Shown here one piece after another: positions 46,787 through 57,903 of a DNA stretch of 64,000 nt. The notes under the pieces were generated by a model. That model saw only the letters and a list, made by a program, of their open reading frames with translations. It was not told the DNA's origin and searched no databases. Within the stretch, counting starts at the first letter, position 1. Each line of letters opens with the position of its first letter. Location: the NCBI GenBank assembly GCA_002269645.1, contig NIVC01000413.1, forward strand, positions 1 to 64,000, in the 5' to 3' direction. The stretch is from Macrostomum lignano. Lineage: Eukaryota. A program made the translations under genes and the position numbers.

Positions 46787-49700
46787 ATGGATGACAAATC
46801 AATTGTCATTAACAAAGGGTGGCTAGTAAAGTCACCACCTGATTTAAATCGAAGTATTTTCAGGCACATTAAGAGGCCAAAAAAGTTGTTGCCTGTAAGT
46901 ACACAAATGTATTTTAATCTGTTTAATGACTTATTTAATTAGTTATTGCAGAAATGGATTATTTTCTGTTTCTTAATTTTTAATTATTATTCAGCCGATA
47001 AATTGATAATCTATTATCATGAGAGCCTTGTATTATATAAAAACATTTTAGGCAGTAAAAATAGCTTTGAATTTTCTATTTTTTACTTGATCACTTTGCA
47101 GTAGGCCTGTTGCCAGTTGCCCTCACCAGTAGCCACCACTGATCTATTTGTAGGCCTAGTAGTCTACTCAGTCACTTTTTCAGTGGGGCAGTGGGCATAA
47201 CAACAATTCAAGGCCGTAATTGGTGTGCAACCAGCTGGCCACTAAGCACACTTATACGAAGTACTATTCAAATAGAAGGATAGAAAACTGCATTTCTTGA
47301 AAAACTTTAGAGGGCAGGTTTTACTGAAAATAAATCATAATGGACATAAAAGGCAAACCCAATGCTCATATTTTGATATTTCTTATAGCTCTATTGATGT
47401 TTATAAAGCTTTTTGTTTAGAAAATTAAGATTCTTATAACCATAAAATCATAAAAATGACACAACTCAACTCATTGGTTTTTATGAATTTATTTTATCAT
47501 TCTAAGCTCTGTGACTGTGTAACAAATGTGTAACAGAATGATAAAATAGATTCATAAATAATAGTGAACCCTGCCTCCTAAAATTTTCTAAGAAACGGTA
47601 GTTTCACGTCTTACTTAAGTAGTCCTTGACTTGCATACTTGTTGGGTAGCGGTAACTCTACGCCTTGGGTGTTGGCTCTCATGGACAGGCATCAAATTAA
47701 TGTGTCTATGCATGGAATCAAACTTGAGGGAAAGGTATACATTGGCACTGGACTCAGACGCGTTTTTAGAGGCTTTGGGCTGTCTCACAACTAACGAGAT
47801 ACGTTACTGCCCATTCCACTGACTCCAGTGCAGGCACACTCACACAGGAGTGTACAGCGGCCCTAACTTTTTTTATCGTTTATGGCATGTACACTTCACT
47901 GTCTTTGGTGGTTTGTCCTCAAGGGTGTTGATGGCGCGAGCAGAGCCAAGCCGAGATTTCAAATCAGCCCCAAATTAATGTGACTGCACTAAGAATCGAG
48001 CCTGGGTCGCTGGCACATCAGAGCGCCTGTGCTTGACCACTGGGCTACGGACCCCTACATGTATTTTTCAATAAAGACAGCTTTTTATTCTAAAAAATAA
48101 AAAATAATGACTCCCGTTTCAAACAGAAATGGCGCCGGCGCTACTTTGAACTGACAATATCTGACAGTGGCCGCTCGCTTGCCTACTACAACAAGCCCGC
48201 CAGCAGCGCCGGCCCCAACGAGAAGTCTTCAGCTCGTAGTCATCGTCGTTTGAAAGGCAGCATCGATCTGGCCCGTGTGCGCAGCGTCGCAGTTCGTCAT
48301 CGTCCGCCTAGCAACGCCATGGCAACGCTGCCAACTAATCTCATACCGTGTCGACCGCGTCGCCAAACCGGCGTTGGCGTCGATAATGACGCCTACAGCG
48401 AGGAAGCTGTGTCGGATTCGGTTGCAGACTATTCAGAGGAGGCCGACTGGCTGCAGAGGTTATTGGCCATCTTTTTCTTTCTATTCGGTTTTGCGTTGAA
48501 ATCGTCATTGTAAGACTCAACTTCCCCATTGTTAGAGTCGAGATCCCCATCGTTGGAGTCGAAATCTCCATTGTAGAGTCGAAATCCCCATAAAGTCAAA
48601 ATACCCATTGAGTCAAAATCCCCATACTTAGAGTCGAAATCCCCATTGTTAAAGTCGAAATTCCCATTGTTAGAATCGAAATCCCCATTGTTAGAGTCGA
48701 AATTCCCATTGTTAGAATCGAAATCCCCATTGTTAGAATCGAAATCCCCATTGTTAGAGTCGAAATTCCCATTGTAGAATTGAAATCCCCAATGTTAGAG
48801 TCGAATTCCCCTTTTTAAGAGTAAAAATCCCCATGCTTATAGTCTAACTCCCCATTGTTAGAGTCGAAAATCCCATTGTTAGAGTAAAAATCCCTATTAT
48901 TAGAGTAAAAATCCCCATACTTATAGTCTAACTCCCCATTGTTAAAGTCGAAAATCCAATTGTAAGAGTAAAAATCCCAATTATTAGAGTAAAAACCCCC
49001 ATACTTATAGTCTAACTCCCCATTGTTAGTCGAAAATCCCATTGTTAGAGTCGAAATCCCCATTTGTTAAAGTCGAAATCCCCAATTTTAGAGTTTGTTA
49101 GAGTAAAAACATCCCATTTTTAGAGTGGAAATCACTTTCTTGAAGTCGGAATCCCCAATCTTAGAAAAGAAATCCTCATTCTTAAAAGCGGAAGGCCACA
49201 TTCGAAGAGTCGAAATCCTACAGTTACAAGTCGAAGTACCCATTCATAACTAATAGGAATCTTTTTGTCTGAAAATTCTCCTTCGCAATCAAAACACGCT
49301 CACGCAGGTGCGCTTTCTCCGTGCTAGTATCCGGCGATCCAAACAGAAGCCGGTGCGACCAGCGGCGCTATCATTTCCTAGCCGATAATCCGGCCGCCGC
49401 TACGCGCTGGGTCGAGGCGCTCTGCCGAGCCTGCGGCCTGCACTCAGCCGTGGATCTTGGACCAGCTGGCCTGGCGGCGCCTGTTCTAGCTGGCGCCGCC
49501 GCCGCCTCAGCGCCGTCAAGCTCAACTGAGGTCGCAGCGGCAGCTTCGGAGGATTACATATACTTGTCAGCTACTACTACTAGTGTATTCTCGTCTGCCG
49601 CTTATGCTGGTAGGAATCCTGGCATAGATTCTTGCGATGCTACTGCTAGTAGTAGTAGTTTCCCTGTAGCTGAAGGCTACGTCAATATACCGTCCGAGCG

Positions 49701-50593
49701 GGCTCCTGTGGCATCGGCTACTACTGAGCTTCGTCAGCAAAACAACGACGTAGAAAAAGACGAATCTATTGGCCTTGGCCATGCTAACGGTCTCAACTGC
49801 GATGGGGACGCCGGCGATAATTCACTGCCGTTGCCGCGCCGACGACGCGATACAAAATCTACTTCGTCGAATTCTTCGGCACCGACTGATAATGACGGCG
49901 ATGAGATCGACACTGTCGGTGGCCTCCAGTTCCCTGTAAGAGACAGACAGACAGACAGACAGACAGAGAGCGACAGACAGACAGACAGACAGACAGAAAG
50001 ACAGACAGACAGACAGAGAGCGACAGACAGACAGACAGACAGACAGAAAGATACTAATACAGACAGACAGACAGAAAGACAGACAGATACTAATACAGAC
50101 AGACAGACAGAAAGACAGACAGATACTAATACAGACAGACAGACAGAAAGACAGACAGATACTAATACAGACAGACAGACAGAAAGACAGACAGAAAGAC
50201 AGACAGATACTAATACAGACAGACAGACAGAAAGACAGACAGATACTAATACGGACAAACAGACAGACAGACAGGCCAAGACTGTCAAGGAGTTGGCTAC
50301 TGTCAGAGACAAAGCAGACATAGCATTGGGCCAGTCAGTGTGATGTAGCAAATCTTCAAATATTTTCTGTACTACTGTTTCTTCAACTACACAATAAACT
50401 GCCATCCCAGGCTAACTATGCCCAGTTGGACATCGGCGAGATGCGGCACGCCTCGGCCGAGGCTCTGGCTGTCACTGCCGCTTTGTCGTCTACCGTCGGA
50501 GGTGCCAAGACGTCGGTTGCCATGCCAACTGTGGAATACGCTACCGTCGACGCGATGCGCACGCTGGCCTTGGCCGAGATGACGAGTAGCTAA
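46787..50593 (+). CDS. Gab/DOS/SOC-1-like PH-domain docking adaptor (about 416 aa); exons 46787-46894, 48127-48458, 49308-49935, 50411-50593
   Basis: PH motifs [31 protein letters not shown] and [24 protein letters not shown]-terminal paired tyrosines NYAQLDI and [14 protein letters not shown] resemble the Gab SHP2-binding pair. Joined length is 1251 nt, in frame. Confidence 0.82.
47810..48055 (-). mobile_element. Putative tRNA-derived SINE in Gab-like intron 1
   Basis: Head GGGGTCCGTAGCCCAGTGGTCAAG (A-box-like) and GGCTCGATTC (B-box-like). The body motif GGGCCGCTGTACAC..GTGTGAG also occurs at about 32615-32660. Confidence 0.5.
48515..49120. repeat. Degenerate ~21-bp minisatellite, Gab-like intron 2
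   Basis: Unit CCCCATTGTTAGAGTCGAAAT. Confidence 0.9.
49940..50274. repeat. (GACA)n microsatellite with a higher-order repeat, Gab-like intron 3
   Basis: Read directly from the sequence. Confidence 0.95.
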
Positions 50594-50624
50594 CGCTTTA
50601 GTTAATGGGTACCTTCTCGTATGC

Positions 50625-50730
50625 TTCACCTAATGGGTAGATAAGTTTTACCTAATGAGTAGATAAATTTTACCTAATGGGTGGATAAATTTTACCTAAT
50701 GGGTGGATAAATTTTACTTATAGGTAGCTA
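50625..50730. repeat. ~22-bp tandem repeat (TTTTACCTAATGGGTGGATAAA) in the 3' region of the Gab-like gene
   Basis: Read directly from the sequence. Confidence 0.75.
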
Positions 50731-53700
50731 AAACTTTACCTATGAGTAACTATTGCTTTAGTTAATAGGTAGCTGATAGCTGAAGCGTTACCTATTAATA
50801 GCTAATGCTTTACCTAATCGGTAGCTAAATTTTATCTAATGGGTAGCTAGTAAACCTATTTTTAGCTAATAAGTAGTTGATGAGTACCTAATAAGAACCT
50901 AATGCTTTAGCTTATCAATAATAAGTAGCTACGAGTAGCAAGATAAGCCATTTACTGAGTACGCTAAACCGTACGTCTACACCTTTAGCTTACAAGCAGC
51001 TAATCAGGTTGGCTAATAAGTACCTTTCTTTTATCTGATAAATTTCTAATAGTTTGTCTAATTTCTGTATTTTAGTGAGTGATGATTTCAATTATTAGTA
51101 TTCTAAAAGAATTGCACAAGATGTTTACTGATTTTCTATTTTTTAATTGTAAATTATAATCATTGTAAGAGACAAATACATGTACTTTTTGTGGGTTTTT
51201 TCAAAATCTTGTTTTTGATATAGAAAAGATTTAATTATGAATTTTGTATTAATAATTTACTGTAAATTGTAATCTTTATTATCGCTTCTATTTTTGTAAA
51301 GTAACTATTGGACCATAGTTTTATAATATTTTGTCCGTGTTTAACAAATTATATTTTGCCTGATTTTGCACCCTTTACTAAATTTACATTTACTGAATAA
51401 AATGTTTTATTGAAAGCTATATTGTTACTCTAGCACTGCTGCTGCTTGCTTCTAATTTATACAGCTGTTTTGTATTATTAAATTGTTAGCGCCAAGCGTA
51501 ACTTTGTTTTCTTCATTCATTTCTGGTTGTTTTTTTTGCATGGCCATTTTTGCTTATAACAGTTGTTATTTATATGCTTGGCTAATTGATTCGTTTGCTT
51601 TTAGTTTACTCGCGCTTTTATGCATCGTATGTTATGCGCATAGACGAAAATTTGTTTTACTTCGTCTGCTAACACAATCTTCGCTCCGTTGCTAGTGTGT
51701 CTTGTCGGTGTGTCTTTCTGGTGTTGATATTTTAAAAAGAATACTCCAAAAATTTATAATACATATTTTTTATTACAATGTGTTTGATCAGATATAGTAA
51801 ACGACTGTTGTTTAAAGGTATTTCACTCGAATAATATGTGCATTCAAAACAAATTAAAATATTGGTTTGCACTGCCACAACTTCTAGGCTACTACTCATT
51901 AGAGGGTTCTGTGCATTTTGCTTTATGATTTTAATTTGTTTGCCGCGTCAGTTGCTAAACTTTAAACTTATATAATTATTCGTGCTACAACCAACTTTTA
52001 ATTTTAATTATATTAGATTGCTCCTCTTGACGGCTTGCTTCGTCTCATCCTTTTTTTTTGAAAAAAAGTTTGCTTTTTATTGTTCGTTCAATCAATAAAA
52101 CCTTTATGTAAATGTCTTTTTATTTGGCCATGCAAACCTACTTTATCAAAATTAAATCGTTTTAATCGTACGGTCACAAACTCGTTGCCGATATTGTCTT
52201 TTAAGTCTTTTAAAGTAATTAGGGTGTAGGCTAACGTTGCGGTTATTAAGAAACTAAGAGTAATGGGCGGCCTGCCACAGTCACCAAAATGAATCAAATC
52301 GGATTACGATTTGTAAGTTAACACATTGCATGTAGTACAAAAAAGTAATAGCAAAGGTGTACGTGTACTGTGTACGACATTTTGGTTAGTTTTTAGCGAA
52401 CGTTCCATTAATGCTGAAGATAAGTGTTATCATTCACCGTTCGCCTTCCATGCGCAAATGGAAAGAACTTTTCTGACATGCGGGCACAATACGTTGTATT
52501 GCAAAAAGCGGCACTCCAGTGTTAACAACAGTAATAACGCAGACATATAGTACGTAAAGATTTTTTTACAACCTAATATCTTATTAAGAAAATTTTAAAA
52601 CATCAAAGTAAAGGTTTTATTTTAAATTTATCTAAGCATAAGGAATTTTATTAGTTTTGTTATAACTCTTTAAAACGGTTTTTGTCCAATCTGCATTGGC
52701 ACTTTTAAAAGTCAATTGCGCTCCATTTTTCATTTTGCTTACGATAAGTGTAGTGGCCTATTGTACACAGTACACGCGTGTCCTATAATCTACACGCTAA
52801 TGTGTTTGAACTTTAGCCCTTGGTTTCAGTAACTCAGAAGACTAGCTACGACTGACGCCCATGTCAGTCTGCGTGGCCGAAATTTATAAATAATACAGAT
52901 GTTCAAGTTTCAACTAAGCTATCCTGCCATGTTAAACCTATTTTCTAGTTTGCAGAATTAATACCACTTGCACTGTTGCAGTAGGTCCGCCCAGTGAGCC
53001 TAAGCCTAGCTGCTTGGTTGGCTAGTTAGGCTAACATTACACATCGTCTACTTAGCTTATTTTAAATCACTTTGCCTAAAACAGCCTAAGCCTACTAGCT
53101 GGATTAAGGGTGTGGTGACATTCGTCTAGGGCTGGGCATATAGGCCTAATTACATTTCTAAGTATTCATTAATAGCCCATCTAAAAACAATATATCTACT
53201 ATAGTATATGGATCATATTATTAGATAGAAGCATAGGCCTACTGCATTTGTAATATATAAAGTGCACCCTTGACCCTTCACCCTTAGGGCCTTAGCTGAA
53301 TGGCCCAAATGCATTATTAAACAATTTTGTCTTGACTCGAGTTTGGTATTAGGTATTATTTCTGTTAGTATAAAATGTAAAAGAAATTAAGAAATTTGCA
53401 ATATATATTAGTATAGTAGGCCTAGGGCCTATATTTAAATTATAAATATAATAAAAGTAGGCCCCTAGGCCTATAAGAATTATAACTTATAGGCCTACAC
53501 TATTCCACATAGGCAATTATTATTAGTGTCATTAGTAGGGACTTCAGTGAGTTATAAGAAGTGCGTGCCAATGGCAAAAAAGTAAGAAAAAAGTCCAATT
53601 TTTCAAGGGCGATTTTAAAGAAACTATAGAAGCCAGGATGAAAGTAAAATATGCATTTAAAAGGTAAAAAGGAGCTCTTTCAAATGACACCAACTGCAAG

Positions 53701-55079
53701 TCTAGCTTTGTTATACTTTTTGCACTGTCTATTTTTAAAGTTGACCATTTTTTAGGAGGAATATAAAATTGAAGCCAAAATGAATAAAAAAACAGTGGTT
53801 CAGAAAATGCTTTTTCTTAGCTGCAATGTGTTTCTTATAATGGAAACAAAGGTTTTATAGTGTAAAGGGATAATTTAGAAACATTTTTCTGGTGTTAAAA
53901 AAAATTTTTTTTTCTTTTAATGCCCATATGGCTCTATGCAAAATTTCAAATCCAAAATTTTCCATGAAATCCTTTTCCTGCATTGTTTCTCTTTATATTT
54001 TTATTACCTATTGACAATACAAGCACAGTAAAAAAAACCGCTTGCCAATAGCTATAGGCGCAAAAATTTTGTGGAGGTTTCTTTTTTTGATACGTTTACA
54101 TGTAAAATACCCATTGAAACGTGTATTTTGTGTTTTTTGTGAGACTCTGCCTTCCGGCAAACTAGTTCTCTGTGTCATTTAACTAATTCTGCTATGCTGA
54201 ACACGATAGGCAAAACCGTTTTTTAATAAACCCATGCGCAAAGCCTGTACAGCACATTACATTGCAGTTGGGGTGTCTGTCATGCATTAAAATTTAGGGC
54301 AAGAAGTAGAATAGTATTATAGTAGGTAAAAACCTGAACAAAATGACACTAGCCTTGTATAAATTAAGCAAGCAGAACAGATGCTATTGTATTTTTAAAA
54401 TTGCAATCATTGCGTATCTGGTTAAAATAGTCAAAATTTCATACACCCATCCTGTTTCAATTAGCTTAGCAACTTGGGCATATAAAATAATATTAAAATA
54501 TATAATTCATACAATTAACACTAAAAAACTGAACAAAATGACACCAAGCACAGTCATTTTGGTTGGCTAGAAAATTAATTACAAGTGTTCAAAGACAAAA
54601 AGCCAACTTTTTGGCCAAAAATGATCACAAACCGTAATGTAAAAATTCCATTGGCTAAAGGCACAAATCGGGGTTACTAAAATAGCTGTAGTTTCCTTAT
54701 TACTCAACCAAATCACTAAAGTTTGGCCATTTTGGAAATGGGAAAGTAAGATCTATCTAGTGAAATAGCAGCCTATAACAATTTCTGAAATTTAATTTTC
54801 TCACTGAAGTGCCTATCATTAGTAAATTGTATATAGTTATATTGTAATGCTTTATTATGTTATTATATTGCAATGCAATGCCATTGCCATTGGCATTGCC
54901 AATATGGCAATAATGCAACTAGAAATTTGTTAAGGGGGTAGATTCTTAAACTTTAGGTAAAGACTTTAAAAAATGAGAGTTAGAAGCAGTGGCAGAGGAG
55001 ATAGCTTTGTAACCTTTCTGTTTTGGGAAACAGTTTGCTTTGTCCCCACTTTTAATTTCTTAGGTCTCCACCTTAGCCA

Positions 55080-55552
55080 GGATGGAATTCTTGTATTTCT
55101 TAAGTCAAACGGAATTATGTGATTTTTTTATGGCGTGCAAAATATTTTTTATTGGTCGCATTTTTTATTTTGGTACTTAGCACGGCGCAAAATAACGAAA
55201 TAACAAGACAATAACAAAAATGCATTCTAAGAAAATGTAGTGATTTGAATTTATGTCCAAATACGTATGTTAGAGAATGTTACGAATGTCTACTTTTTAT
55301 AGAATTTTTTCAAATTTTTACTTTTGTGCCTTATTTAGTTTTTACTTTTTATTTTTTTTTTCTTCGTGATCTTAGCTAGTAGGATTATCTTTTGCAAAAT
55401 CCAATATCTCAAGCGCACTTTTGCATATATTAAGAATTAGCAATTTTGTCTGAAATTCTGCGACGCATTTTTTCCGGATTTTTTGATGCAAAATCACATT
55501 TTTTTCTCGCAATCGCATAACGCGTTGTGATTTTTCTGCAAGAATTCCATCC
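55080..55552. mobile_element. MITE-like insertion bounded by a 14-bp inverted repeat GGATGGAATTCTTG
   Basis: 55080-55093 pairs with 55539-55552. The interior retains CpG. Confidence 0.55.
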
Positions 55553-55830
55553 AGGCACCTTAGGGGGAGATAAAATCTTCCTTTGCTAGGGTGTACCTTA
55601 CATATCAAGTGCACAAAAAAATTGGCATTCTTACATTTTACGATCACCTAGCACTGTCCCTATGGGAGTCGGGACTTTTGTTATACAATCCTCCCACCTA
55701 CAGAGAATAGAAAATTGCTCTTAAAATTGAACTTCAAAATGGGACCACTTTTAAGTGTGTCATTTTAGCAAAAAATATTGTCTTATAGAAGTTAGAAGCC
55801 TGTCCTTACTCCTTATATTCACTTTCAATG

Positions 55831-56444
55831 CAATCATTTAAATGGTGAAGTTATATATAGATGATTGCAAGACAAAACCGAAAGAGCTTGTAGATTTTAA
55901 GTTACAATCACATCAATAGTAAAATTGTATTGGAGGAATTGTATGACAAAATGGTAGGCAATTGTTGCTATAATAGACATTTCAACCAAGCAATCAATTG
56001 CAGCCTCTAATATGTCCGCGAACCAAAAGCCACCCACTTTTTACACGGCTCTTTTTGCATGGCCTTTTTGGGCACCAACGCTGCCCCATGCCCCCCCTCT
56101 CACTTTTGTCATACAATCACCACTCGGTATAACACATAGGTCCAATGAACTGGGGGGATCGTATGATGAAAGTGAGGGGGGCAGTGCTTGTGAATCTTAT
56201 AATGAATACAATTTCATTCTTGAACCCTATAGATTGTTGATGGAGATCGATATAGCAGTTTGTATCCAAAGCTGCCGTGAACTGGTGCAACTTTGCCAGA
56301 GATGTAATGTGTAATCCATTCACTTTCGTCATACAATCCCTTTAATACAATTCTACCAATGTGGTGATCGTAATTCAAAACCTACAAGCTCTTTTGGTTT
56401 TGTCTTGCAATCATCTACATATAACTTCACCATTTAAATGATTG
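55831..56444. mobile_element. Foldback/MITE-like element with ~121-bp inverted arms and repeated ATTGTATGACAAAA motifs
   Basis: 55831-55951 aligns to the reverse complement of 56324-56444. An inner inverted pair lies near 56090-56115 and 56158-56182. Confidence 0.8.
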
Positions 56445-57903
56445 TATGACAAAAATGAATACATGCTTTCATAACTAATGCTACGCCGACGATCCTCAAG
56501 TTGACTGAAAAGTGAGTTGCAGTGATAAATTAGGTTGACTGGAAAGTGAGTTGCAATGATTTTGTTCTTGGAAAAAAAATGTGAAATGTAATTTTTTGTT
56601 AAACTAGAGTGTCTTTTCGACTCTTTTTAATGGAGATCGTAAGACAAAACTTGACTTGCTCAGGGATTGTAAAATAAAAGAATGCCAAAAATTTGACCAA
56701 GAAAATTACACAAAGGATTTTTGCTAGAAAAGTGCATATAATATACTATTGAATTTAAATGTAGCTATGATATTACTAGTACCAATATTGATTTACTAAA
56801 GCTTCAAAGCCATAGTTTAGATATTGTATTAGTATATGCCAGATCTAATGCCAGAAAAAGTTACAAAACTTTGTTTATACACTTGATCTAAAAATGTATT
56901 ATTGACAATGTTTTTTTATTGTATCATGAATGCTAGGATATACTAACATATGCCAAAAAATGGCAAGTTCCCTTGTTGTATACTCTGAAATATTGGTATA
57001 CATGTTGCCTATACTCTAGATCATGTTGGATACATACCACAATATATACCAAGGAGTTTTTTGTTTGCACACTTATTGCTTGCCATGCTGACCAATTACA
57101 TGCCATGTATGCCATTGACAATAATTAACAATAGGTTTACAAACAAAAGCAAAAAATACATGCAAACATTATGTTTTAAAAATGCAGAAAAAAACAAGGC
57201 TTGAAAAATGTATAACCATAGGTATTTAAGCTCCTGATTATATTAAAAATAAAAAAATGAAGTAGATTTTATGAGACTGTAAGTATTTTCAGAAATTTTA
57301 AGACTGCCCCACTATGATTATATCATACAACATGCACATTCTATGCCATCAATCTATTCCATGACATAGGGCATAGGGCCACTATGCCACATACCAAAAT
57401 GCAGGCTGATGCATGCCAAATTTTTTTGGCTAAACAAAATGCATGCCAGAAAATTCCAATTGTAATGTATGCATTCCAGAGTATGGCATGTCGCCTTCTA
57501 AACTATGGCCTTAGAGCCAAAGAAAAAAGTTTTGATGAAGTTTTGTTGAATTTAATTAGGTAAATACATTAGCAGAAAAAAGTAATTTAGCATTTCTTTA
57601 ATTAGGCTGGCTTTGCTTAAAGTTTTAAATGGTTTTATATAAAGGCAAGCTATGCTTTAACCAAATATCAAAAATTTCTATTACTTATTACTTGCATGAT
57701 TTAAAAGTCTACCACAAGTTACTAAATTAAATTCTGCAGAATTAGAGTCGGTTTCTAATTTCTACACAGCTTGTTATCTGATTTCCCTATTATCTACCCC
57801 TCCAAATTTGGCTTAGGACAAGCCAGAGTTCGTTTCTTTTGTTACAAATCAGCAACAGGGATCACGAGTTTCTGCCGTTTTACCGGCCTGTTTGTCACAT
57901 TTT

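Noticed and set aside
49936-50343. Read-through or 50275 acceptor giving a (DRQT)n C-terminus for the Gab-like gene
   Set aside because: A strong donor sits at 49936, and a better terminal exon at 50411 carries the conserved tyrosine motifs. The 50274 AG lacks a pyrimidine tract.
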